Source of the DNA: Pseudomonadota bacterium
Lineage (GTDB): Bacteria; Pseudomonadota; Gammaproteobacteria; Nevskiales; Nevskiaceae
Reading direction: 5' to 3'
Assembly (NCBI GenBank): GCA_040754295.1
Contig: JBFMCQ010000003.1
Span: 19,381-83,380 of the forward strand
DNA length: 64,000 nucleotides
Shown here: positions 28,599 to 41,145 of the stretch, in pieces
Position numbering within the stretch: position 1 is the stretch's first letter
How the letters are laid out: every line of letters starts with the position of its first letter
Notes under the pieces: generated by a model
Told to the model about the DNA's origin: nothing
What the model saw: only the letters and a program-made list of their open reading frames with translations
Database searches by the model: none
Made by a program: the position numbers and the translations under genes

Positions 28599-30119
28599 TC
28601 ACCGCCCGATGGGCGGAAGTGCCGCACCGTATGCAGCGCAGCCCGAGCGGCGGCCGTGCACGAGTCGGCGCCCGGCGCCGGCCGCCAGCAGCAGCACCAG
28701 CAGCCACGGCGACACGGTGCCGCCGCCACCGCCGCCGCCGTCGCCGGGCGAAGCGGTCGGAGCCGGGCTCGCGGTGGGTGTGGGCGTTGGCGAGGGCGCT
28801 GGCGTTGGCACGGGACCTGCCCCCGCCTCCTTGCCGGCGACCTGTCGCAGGCCGGTATCGACAGCGTCGAGCCAGGCCTTGAGCTGGCCCGAGGCTTGCG
28901 GCTGCGCGGTCCACTGCCTGTCGAGCCGCGCGTAGAAATCCGGATCGTCCGATTGGGCACACGAGGCAGAGCCGCCAGAGAGTACGCCGACGATTCGGCG
29001 GTCCTGGTTCCACAAGCCCGAGCCGGAAGAGCCTTGCTCGGTCGTGCCCTGTGACCAGGTGACGCGCCACGCCGGAATGTCGAAGTCGCCGCCAGGCAGA
29101 CGGATGCTGCTCTGTACGAGCGGCGTCGTGAACTCGGTGACCTTCTTCGCGTCGCCGGACGGGTGGTGGATGGAGACGCCGCTGTCGCCACCGGTGCCGC
29201 TCGCGTCCCAGCCGGCGTAGTAGACGTTGAACGCGGCGCTCGGCCGCTGGCTCAGCTCCAGGAGCGACAGGTCGGTCGCCTCATCGCGTGCACGCAGCAC
29301 GGCGCCCGTCTGCGTCTGATCGTCCGGCGCATTGTCGGCGCCGTTGCAGGCGCTGTTCTGGAAGTTCCAGTAGACCACGACGCCGGACGGCGGGCTGGAA
29401 TTGCGGATGCCGCAATGATCGGCGGTCATCACGTATGCCTTGTCGTCCTGCGCGAGATTGTTGATCAGCGTGCCGCTGCACAGCCCGACGTTGTCGCCGC
29501 TCGGTATCTGCAGCTTCACGACCGAGCGAATCTCATCACGCCAGGCGTCCCCGAGCGGGCAGGCGGTGTCGATGTTGCATGGCCCCGAATCGCCGAGATC
29601 TCGCGCGTTCTTGTAGGCATGCCCCAGCCGGCCGAGGGCCAGTTCGACATCGCCGCGCTTTACGCTCGGCACACGCAGCTCGAGCACCGCGGTTTCGCCG
29701 GGCACCAGGGCCGTCCACAGGCTGCCTTCAGGGCTGTGGTTGCGCGCGTCGTAAGGGCCTTGCACGGTGCGCCCGGCGGCATCGTAGATCCACAGCGACG
29801 CGCCGTCGGGCACGTGGAAGCGCGTGAACTCCATCAGTAAGGCCTGTGCACCTGCGGAGTACACCCGTGTGCGCCAGCGGCCGACGCCGGCCTGCTCGTC
29901 CCAGACGCCGCCCGACAGGTCCACCGGCAGCGGAACGGTCACGGCGAACAGCGCCGGGCCGCGGCCCTTGACGTTTTCCGCAGCCTCGATCGCTTTTGCG
30001 GTAACCGCGGGCGATGCAACATGCAAGGGCAGAGCGTCGAGCCGCGACAGGTCCGGCTGCAAGGCGGCCTGCGCCGCGGGCAGCCACAAGGAAAGAACCA
30101 GCAGCCAGATGCGGCGCAT
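28599..30119 (-). CDS. Secreted lysyl-endopeptidase-like serine protease with P/T-rich linker and GlyGly-CTERM-like tail (copy A)
   Basis: This is an internal start within track ORF 28599..30338 (MRRIWLLVLSLWLPAAQAA), with GGAGA about 8 nt upstream. The triad contexts are TADHCG, TDLSLLEL and GSSGSGLW. The C-terminus is ...PVPTPAPSPTPTPTASPAPTASPGDGGGGGGGTVSPWLLVLLLAAGAGRRLVHGRR.... Confidence 0.85.
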   Translation of the reverse strand: MRRIWLLVLSLWLPAAQAALQPDLSRLDALPLHVASPAVTAKAIEAAENVKGRGPALFAVTVPLPVDLSGGVWDEQAGVGRWRTRVYSAGAQALLMEFTRFHVPDGASLWIYDAAGRTVQGPYDARNHSPEGSLWTALVPGETAVLELRVPSVKRGDVELALGRLGHAYKNARDLGDSGPCNIDTACPLGDAWRDEIRSVVKLQIPSGDNVGLCSGTLINNLAQDDKAYVMTADHCGIRNSSPPSGVVVYWNFQNSACNGADNAPDDQTQTGAVLRARDEATDLSLLELSQRPSAAFNVYYAGWDASGTGGDSGVSIHHPSGDAKKVTEFTTPLVQSSIRLPGGDFDIPAWRVTWSQGTTEQGSSGSGLWNQDRRIVGVLSGGSASCAQSDDPDFYARLDRQWTAQPQASGQLKAWLDAVDTGLRQVAGKEAGAGPVPTPAPSPTPTPTASPAPTASPGDGGGGGGGTVSPWLLVLLLAAGAGRRLVHGRRSGCAAYGAALPPIGR

Positions 30120-30434
30120 CGTCAGTCTCCGTTGGTCGGTCGCGCGTCCCTGCGCTGGTCCAACTAATGTGGGAATCAGCGGAGTGTAACCGCTCGCTGT
30201 TGCCGCATCGTGTGCACCGCGTCTCGCTTCGGCAAACGAGCCGGCCCCGCCAGATTCGGATGCAGGCCGACTGCCTGTCGTGCCCTGAAGCGTCGGACGT
30301 GATCCGTTGACCGCCGCGCGGAACCGCCGTGCCGTCACGCCGTCAGATTACAAGCCCGTTGGTAGCTGATCGGCGTCAATGCCGGTGTAGGAGCGGTTTC
30401 CCATGCTGACCGGGTTTCACATGCGAGTGTGCAC

Positions 30435-33400
30435 ATGCCGGTATTCCAGCGGTCGCAGCAGCAGCTTTCACGATCGGTCACCGAGGTCCGCCGCTTTCTG
30501 CGGCGCGGCGGGCGGCGGGTGTGGAGCAGCGGCCAGCGCGTCCACGTGGAGCTGCGCGAGCTGCCGCCGCAGCCGGGCGAGGCCGTGGCTGCGCTCGAGG
30601 CGGCGGCCGCGCGCGTGCGCGGTGTGGCCTGGGCGCGCGTGCGCGCCGATCTCGGCGCGCTGGTGGTGCAGCACCGCATCCGCGCCCGGCAGCCGCAGGC
30701 GCGCCGGGCCGCGGTCGAGCGCCTGGAGGACGCACTGGTGCGGGCCGTCGTCGACGCCGAAACCGCGCTGGGCCTGAACCGCGCGCCGCTGTCCGGCGTG
30801 GCCCATCCGGAGCGCCATCCGGGCCACTGGACGCCGCTGGCACGCACGCTGCTGGAGCTGGGGGTGGATGCCGCGAGCGTCGCCGGCGGCTGGGCGCTGC
30901 GCCGTGCCGGCGTCGGGCGCCCGAGCCTGGGCGTGGACCTGGCGGCGCTGCAGTCCGCCATGGCCAACACCCCGGCGCTGCGGCGCTGGTTGGAGCGCTA
31001 CCTCGGCATCGCGCTCACCGAAGTGGGGCTGGAGCTGTCCGGCGCCCTGCTGCATGCCGTGCTGCAGGGCGAGCTGGGTGCGGCGGCGGACATCCTGCAC
31101 CGCTCGCTGCGGCTGCGCGAGCTGGCGGCGCGCCGGCGCCTGTGGCAGCAGTGGGAGCCGCGCCTGTGCGCGGACGGCGAGCTCGTCGCGCCGCCGCCCG
31201 CGGCGCGGCCGCGTCCGCTGCCCGACGGTCCTTTCGAGCGCTACGCGGCGAGCGCTGCGGCCGGCACGCTCGCCGCCTTCGCCGCCACGCTGTTCGCTCG
31301 GGGCGAGATGGAGCAGGCCGCGGCCGCCATCTTCGGCGGCCTGCCCAAGCCGGCGCGGCGCGGCCGTGCCGCCTTCGCCGCGCAGCTCGGCTACCGCCTG
31401 GCCCGGGCCGGCGTGATGGTGATGGAGCCGCAGGTGCTGCGACACCTGGAGCGGCTGGATACGGTCGCCGTGAGCGCGGCGCTGATCGATACCGATCCGC
31501 AGGGCGCAAGCCGGCTGCTCGATGCCGCGGCCCGCGCGCAGTTCGGCTGCGTGGTGGTCGGCTCGCGCGTGCTCGACGCCGCCGCCGGCCGCGTGCGCCA
31601 CCTGGCGCTGCACGGCGCCGATGCGGTGCGCGCACTGCAGGAGGAGGGCCACGGCGTGATGTTCTTCGGCCGCGGTCCCGACGACGCCTACGCCGCCGCC
31701 GACTGCAGCATGGCGCTGTGGGACGAGGGCAGCCTGCCGGCGGCCGGCGCCCATCTGCACTGCGACGGCGGGCTGGCGCAGGCCGCGGCCCTGGTGGAAG
31801 CCGCCGCCACGGCGCGCCGCGCGGCCGAGCAGGTCCTGCAGCTGTCGATGGCCGAGGTGGCGCTGAGCCTGGCGCTCTCCGCCGGCGGCCTGGATCGCCA
31901 GGCCACGCGGCGCATCATGGCTGCGGCCAGCGCCGCCTCGGTGGTGGCCATGGCCGACGGGCTGCGTCTGGCGCAGGGCCTGGCCTGGCCCGCAAGCGCT
32001 GCCTCCGCCGCGGTCGCGGCGCCGGCCTGGCACCGTCTGACTGCGGACGAGGTGCTGCACCGGCTCGGCAGCCGCCTGCAGGGCCTGAGTGCGGAGGAGG
32101 CCGCCGCGCGGCGCCCGGTGCTGCCGCCCACGCCGCCGCGGCTGCTGCAGCTGGCGCGCCTCATGCTCGACGAGCTGCGCAACCCGATGACGCCCGCGCT
32201 GGCCGCCGGTGCCGGCCTGTCGCTGCTCGCCGGCGGCGCGGTCGACGCCCTGCTGGTGGCCGCCGTGCTGGCGGTGAATACGGCCTACGGCGGCCTGCAG
32301 CGCTATCGCGCCGACGCGCTGGTGCGGCAGCTGTCGCGGCACGAGCGCAGTTGCCTGCGGGTACGGCGCGACGGCGCCGTGTGCAGCGTCGCCGACGACG
32401 AGCTGGCGGTGGGCGACGTCCTCGAGCTGGGCGCCGACGAGCTGGTGCCCGCCGACTGCCGTATCCTCGAAGCCTGCGACCTGGAGGTGGACGAATCCAG
32501 CCTCACCGGCGAATCGCTGCCGGTGGCCAAGGCGCCCGGACCCTGCGACGCCGCCAACCTGGCGGAGCGCCGCTGCATGCTCTACCAGGGCACGGCGGTC
32601 TCGGCGGGGACCGCCGTGGCGGTGGTGGTCGCGCTCGGTGCCGACACCGAGCTGGGCCGCGCCGCGGCCGCCTCCGACGGGACCGCCTTCTCCTCGGGCG
32701 TGGAGGCGCGCCTGGCGCAGCTGACCCGCTACACGGTGCCGGTGGCGGCGGCGAGCGCGTTGGCGCTGGCGGCCAGCGAGCGCATGCGCGGCCGGCCGTT
32801 GCGCGAAGTGTTGTCGACGGCGGTGAGCCTGGCGGTGGCCGCGGTACCGGAGGGCCTGCCGCTGCTGGCCTCGCTGGCCCAGCTCGCGGCCGCCGGACGC
32901 CTGTCCCGGCGCGGAGCGCTGGTGCGCAGTGCGCGCGCCATCGAGGCGCTGGGCCGCATCGACCTGCTGTGCTGCGACAAGACCGGCACGCTCACCGAGG
33001 GCCGCATCCGTCTGGTGCGGGTCTCCGACGGCGACAGCGTGCAGGCTGCCGACGCGCTCGACGAGGCGCACCGGGAGATCGTCGCGGTGGCGCTGCGCGC
33101 CAGCCCGTCCAGCTCCGGCGGCGCGCCGGTGGCGCACATGACCGACCGGGCGCTGATCGAGGCGGCGCATGCGGCCGAGGTGGGCAGCCACGACGGCCTG
33201 AGCGACTGGCAGCGTCTGCACGAGATGCCCTTCCAGTCCGCGCGCGCCTTCCATGCCAGCCTCGCCGAGCATGGCGACGGCCGGCTGATCAGCGTCAAGG
33301 GGGCGCCCGAGGTGGTGCTGCCGCGCTGCCGCAGCCGGCGGCTCGGCGGCAGCGAGCAGGTGCTGGACCGGGCCGGCCGCGAGGCTCTGCTGCGCGAGGC

Positions 33401-34568
33401 CCGGGCGCTGGCGGGCCGCGGCTACCGCGTGCTGGCCGTGGCCGAGCGCGAGGCGCACGAGAAGCGCCCCATCGATCCGGACCGGGTCGACCGGCTGGGC
33501 TTCCGCGGCTTTATCGCCTTCGCCGACCCGGTACGGCCGAGCGCGCGCGCGGCGGTGGACCAGCTGCGCCGCGCGGGTGTCGGCGTGGTGATGCTCACCG
33601 GCGACCACCCGGACACCGCTGCGGCCATCGCCGCGGACCTGGGCCTCGACGGCGGTCGCCGCGTGGTCACCGGCGCCGAGCTGGACGCGCTCGGCGACGC
33701 CGAGCTGGCCGCGCTGGCACCGCAGGTGGCGGTGTTCGCGCGCGTCACGCCGGCGCATAAGGTGCGCATCGTCAGGGCGTTCCAGAGCCTCGGCCGCACC
33801 GTCGGCATGACCGGCGACGGCGCCAACGATGCGCCGGCCATCCGCCTGGCCGACGTCGGCATCGCCCTGGGCGAGCGCAGCACCGCCGCGGCGCGCAACG
33901 CCGCCGGCCTGGTGGTGACCGACGGCCGCATCGAGACCCTCGTCGGCGCGGTGCTGGAAGGGCGCGCGCTGTGGCTGTCGGTGCGCGACGCGCTGGGCCA
34001 GCTGGTCGGCGGCAACCTGGGCGAGATCGCCTTCACCCTGGCCGGCGGCCTGCTCGGCGGCCGCGCCCCGCTCAACGCGCGCCAGCTGCTGCTGGTGAAC
34101 CTGCTCACCGACGCCTTGCCGGCGCTGGCCCTGGCGCTGCGCCCGCCGGCCGGCAAGACGCCGGAAGACCTGCTGCGCGCCGGACCCGAAGCCAGCCTCG
34201 GCCCCGAGCTGATGCGCGAGCTGAGCCTGCGCGCCGGCATCACCGCGACGGTGGCCACGGCGGCCTGGACGGCGGCGCGTCTGGGCGGCCGCCGGGGTGC
34301 CGGCAGCGTCGGGCTGCTGGCGCTCACCGGCACCCAGCTCACCCAGGCGCTGCTGGTCGGGCGCGGCAACCGCGCGGTGACCCTGGCCAGCCTCGGTTCG
34401 CTGGCGGCCCTGGTCGCGGTGGTGCAGACGCCGGTGCTGAGCCAGTTCTTCGGCTGCCGCCCGCTGGGGCCGATCGGCCTGCTGCAGGCGGCCGCCGCAT
34501 CCGCGGCCGGCGGCGCGGCCCAGGCGCTGCTGCCGCGCCTGCTGCGCCTTGGCGGAGCGCGGTCCTGA
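30435..34568 (+). CDS. Giant P-type (P2-like) cation-transporting ATPase with a ~480-aa N-terminal degenerate ATPase-like extension
   Basis: The C-terminal ~900 aa carry canonical motifs: TGES (LTGESLP), PEGLP, CCDKTGTLTEG, MLTGDHP and MTGDGANDAPAIRLADVG. The N-terminal part carries degenerate look-alikes. GC3 is very high in this frame. The start could be the ATG at 30435 or the GTG at 30429. Confidence 0.85.
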   Translation: MPVFQRSQQQLSRSVTEVRRFLRRGGRRVWSSGQRVHVELRELPPQPGEAVAALEAAAARVRGVAWARVRADLGALVVQHRIRARQPQARRAAVERLEDALVRAVVDAETALGLNRAPLSGVAHPERHPGHWTPLARTLLELGVDAASVAGGWALRRAGVGRPSLGVDLAALQSAMANTPALRRWLERYLGIALTEVGLELSGALLHAVLQGELGAAADILHRSLRLRELAARRRLWQQWEPRLCADGELVAPPPAARPRPLPDGPFERYAASAAAGTLAAFAATLFARGEMEQAAAAIFGGLPKPARRGRAAFAAQLGYRLARAGVMVMEPQVLRHLERLDTVAVSAALIDTDPQGASRLLDAAARAQFGCVVVGSRVLDAAAGRVRHLALHGADAVRALQEEGHGVMFFGRGPDDAYAAADCSMALWDEGSLPAAGAHLHCDGGLAQAAALVEAAATARRAAEQVLQLSMAEVALSLALSAGGLDRQATRRIMAAASAASVVAMADGLRLAQGLAWPASAASAAVAAPAWHRLTADEVLHRLGSRLQGLSAEEAAARRPVLPPTPPRLLQLARLMLDELRNPMTPALAAGAGLSLLAGGAVDALLVAAVLAVNTAYGGLQRYRADALVRQLSRHERSCLRVRRDGAVCSVADDELAVGDVLELGADELVPADCRILEACDLEVDESSLTGESLPVAKAPGPCDAANLAERRCMLYQGTAVSAGTAVAVVVALGADTELGRAAAASDGTAFSSGVEARLAQLTRYTVPVAAASALALAASERMRGRPLREVLSTAVSLAVAAVPEGLPLLASLAQLAAAGRLSRRGALVRSARAIEALGRIDLLCCDKTGTLTEGRIRLVRVSDGDSVQAADALDEAHREIVAVALRASPSSSGGAPVAHMTDRALIEAAHAAEVGSHDGLSDWQRLHEMPFQSARAFHASLAEHGDGRLISVKGAPEVVLPRCRSRRLGGSEQVLDRAGREALLREARALAGRGYRVLAVAEREAHEKRPIDPDRVDRLGFRGFIAFADPVRPSARAAVDQLRRAGVGVVMLTGDHPDTAAAIAADLGLDGGRRVVTGAELDALGDAELAALAPQVAVFARVTPAHKVRIVRAFQSLGRTVGMTGDGANDAPAIRLADVGIALGERSTAAARNAAGLVVTDGRIETLVGAVLEGRALWLSVRDALGQLVGGNLGEIAFTLAGGLLGGRAPLNARQLLLVNLLTDALPALALALRPPAGKTPEDLLRAGPEASLGPELMRELSLRAGITATVATAAWTAARLGGRRGAGSVGLLALTGTQLTQALLVGRGNRAVTLASLGSLAALVAVVQTPVLSQFFGCRPLGPIGLLQAAAASAAGGAAQALLPRLLRLGGARS

Positions 34569-34624
34569 CGGATGACCCAAAACTCAGTTGATCATGGTCA
34601 ACAACGGGCAAGGCTCTCGCACCG

Positions 34625-39001
<4,377 letters not shown>

Positions 39002-39005
<4 letters not shown>

Positions 39006-40267
39006 CGGGTTTCTCCGGCCTGGGCCAGGGCGGCGCCGGTCAGGCGCTCGATCTCGATACGGTGGAGCTGGAACTCGGCGGCGGCGTCGATGCGCCGGTT
39101 GCGCGCGTCCAGCAGGCGCCGCTGTACATCCGTCCACTCCAGCAGCGAATAGCGGCCGCGGCGCCAGCCGTCCTCGGTCTGGGCGAGCGCGCGCTCCAGC
39201 TCCGGCAGGATCTCGCTGTCCAGCGTCGACACCACGTGCCGGGCGTGCTCCATTTCCTGGTGATGCGTGAACAGCCGTGTCCGCGCCTTCAGCAACGCAG
39301 CGCGGCGCTGCTGCTCGACGAGCGAGAGCTCGGCGTGGGCGGCATCGATGGCCGGCCGCGCGGACGACGCCGGGAACAGCGGCATGGCGACGCCCGCCAC
39401 CAGCGCGGCATCGTCGCCTTGTTCGTAGCGACGCACGCCCAGTGTCGTCTGCAGATCGGTGCTGCCCCGACTGCGGGCCAGCGCCAGCTCCGCCTGCCTG
39501 AGCCGCAAGTCGGCGGCGAACAGCAGGAAGTCGGGCGTCGATTCGACCTGCGCCAACAGCGTTTCGAACTCGGTGGCCGGGGGCTGCGCGAAGAGATCGC
39601 CGGCGATGCGCGTGAAGTCGGGACGATCCAGGCCCATGGCTGCGGCCAGCGCGAAGCGCGATGTGGCGAGCACGTGGCGCGCGTCCTCGAGCAGCAGCTC
39701 GGTTTCGGCCAGCGCAACGACGGCACGGCTGCGCTCGGCCGGCGGCGCGGCGCCGGCCTGTACGCGCTCGTCCACCGCTTTGCGCTGCCGCTGCGCGAGC
39801 CGCAGCGCCGCTTCCGCGCTCGCCACACGCGCCTGCTGCGCGAGCGTCTCGATGAAGGCACGCGCGATCTCGGTCACCACGTCGAGCTGGCGCAAGGATT
39901 GTTCCGTGACCAGGCGTGCGGCTCGGGCATCGGCTGCCGCCAAGCGCGCCTGGCGCTTGCCGCCGAGCTCGAACAGCCGGCTCAGGCTCAGTGTCGTTTG
40001 CGCGGAGTCGAAGCCGCTGCGCGTGTCCGAGCCCAGCGCGTCTTCAACGGCAAGCTCGATCCGCGGCAGCGGTCGGAGCCCGGCTGCGCGCGTTTCGGCT
40101 TCACCGACGCGCCTCTCCAGAACGAATCCTGCAAGCTCGGGCCGGGCACTGCTCGCGCGCTCGATCGCAGCGCGCAGGGAAAGACTCGAACCGTCGGCAG
40201 CGAAAACCATTGCCGACGAACTCAACAGGCACACCGCCAGTGCGGCGTGCACGGATCTGCACAACAT
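39002..40267 (-). CDS. czcC: TolC/CzcC-family outer membrane efflux protein
   Basis: I chose the internal start MLCRSVHAALAVCLLSSSAMVFA, with GGAGA 7 nt upstream (an alternative ATG lies at 40288). The protein has two OEP-type coiled repeats and is first in the czcCBA gene order. Confidence 0.85.
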
Positions 40268-40323
40268 GGACGTCTCCGTCAGAACCATGGCCCCGCGGGG
40301 CGGGGCGAAACCGCGCGCGAAGC

Positions 40324-40722
40324 TCAGACGGCGAGCGGGGGGGCCTGGGAGAGTGGCAGGACGTGCGGCCTGCGCCGCAGCGGAGGGGATTGGTAGCTCG
40401 CTCGCCAGCGGACGCGCTGGCGGCCAGAGACGAGCAAGGCGGCAATACCGGCGGCGAGGGCCAGCAGCACCGGCGAGGGCAGCTTGCCGGCGGTGGTGTC
40501 GGCGGTATCCGCGTCGACCTCGCCGTGGCTCAGGTGCGAGTCGATGTGATCGATCTCGCCGCCCACCCATGCGACGTGGTCATGCTCGTGGTCGTGGTCG
40601 ACGTCCATTTCCTCGACCGCGATCGGGTGCTCGTGGGCGACGTGCACGTGAATACCCAGCATCCGCGCCAGCGCCAACGCGCAGCACAGCACCAAGGTGA
40701 CGATCATGCGGGGCGACTTCAT
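40324..40722 (-). CDS. Hypothetical His/Asp-rich small membrane-anchored protein upstream of czcC
   Basis: This is an internal start within track ORF 40324..40890: MKSPRMIVTLVLCCALALARMLGIHVHVAHEHPIAVEEMDVDHDHEHDHVAWVGGEIDHIDSHLSHGE...LPSPVLLALAAGIAALLV.... It has an N-terminal hydrophobic segment, an H/D-rich stretch and a second hydrophobic segment. It is co-oriented with czcC and ends 57 nt from it. Confidence 0.5.
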   Translation of the reverse strand: MKSPRMIVTLVLCCALALARMLGIHVHVAHEHPIAVEEMDVDHDHEHDHVAWVGGEIDHIDSHLSHGEVDADTADTTAGKLPSPVLLALAAGIAALLVSGRQRVRWRASYQSPPLRRRPHVLPLSQAPPLAV

Positions 40723-40822
40723 CGGCCGCGGATCATCGCACGACCTCGCCACCGGCACCAAACCCGGTCGGGCGCCCTTCGGAACCTGTCGCCGACAACC
40801 GGATGAGCACGGGGTGGTGGGC

Positions 40823-41115
40823 CTACGCGGCCTCAAGCTCCAGCTTGACCTTGTAGCCCAGGGCGCGGGCGGCGCGTGCGAGGGTGTCAATGGTCAGGTC
40901 TGATTAGGCCCTGGTTAGGCCGGTGTCTGTTTCGTCAAGCAGGCGGTCCAGCGCCGAGCGGCTGGTCCGCATGCGCGTGGCCATCAACCTTGATCAGGCC
41001 GCGCTTCTTCATGCCCTGTCCAACCTGCCAGGCTAGTACGCGCTTCATCGCTCGCGCCGAGACGTCCTCGAGCGCCTTGTCTTCGGGTTGGGCGGAGTCG
41101 CGTTCGGGACTACTA
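40823..41115 (-). pseudogene. Degraded XRE-type HTH antitoxin-like gene (frameshift plus in-frame stop, no toxin partner)
   Basis: My translation of the minus strand reads ...EDKALEDVSARAMKRVLAWQVGQGMKKRGLIKV, then a frameshift near 40985, then MATRMRTSRSALDRLLDETDTGLTRA, then a TAA stop (plus-strand tta at 40904-40906), then SDLTIDTLARAARALGYKVKLELEAA*. This matches the remembered antitoxin pattern KRV.AWQ...AMK..G.SK.AMA.RM.TSR.ALDRLLD...TL.TL..AA.ALG..L..EL. A 7-bp direct repeat (ttaggcc ctgg ttaggcc) sits at the stop. Confidence 0.5.
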
Positions 41116-41145
41116 GGGACCCGTGAGCAATCTGTTTTTCTGCGC

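Noticed and set aside
30403-30777. A 124-aa ORF with a strong AGGAG Shine-Dalgarno sequence just upstream of the ATPase
   Set aside because: It is out of frame with the ATPase and its product is Cys/Arg/Ser-rich with coding statistics typical of an off-frame. I kept it only as a possible short leader or coupling element in a finding, not as a gene.
30468-34580. A 1370-aa minus-strand ORF almost exactly mirrors the 1379-aa plus-strand ORF
   Set aside because: Only the plus-strand product carries coherent P-type ATPase motifs (DKTGT, PEGLP, GDGANDAP) and high GC3. The antisense product is low-complexity and rich in R, A, G and Q. Long stop-free antisense frames are expected in very GC-rich coding DNA.
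34569-34624. An imperfect palindrome (gttgatcatggtcaac) between the convergent ATPase and czcA genes as a bidirectional terminator
   Set aside because: The stem is only 5 bp, the repeat is imperfect and there is no T-tract. The evidence is too weak.
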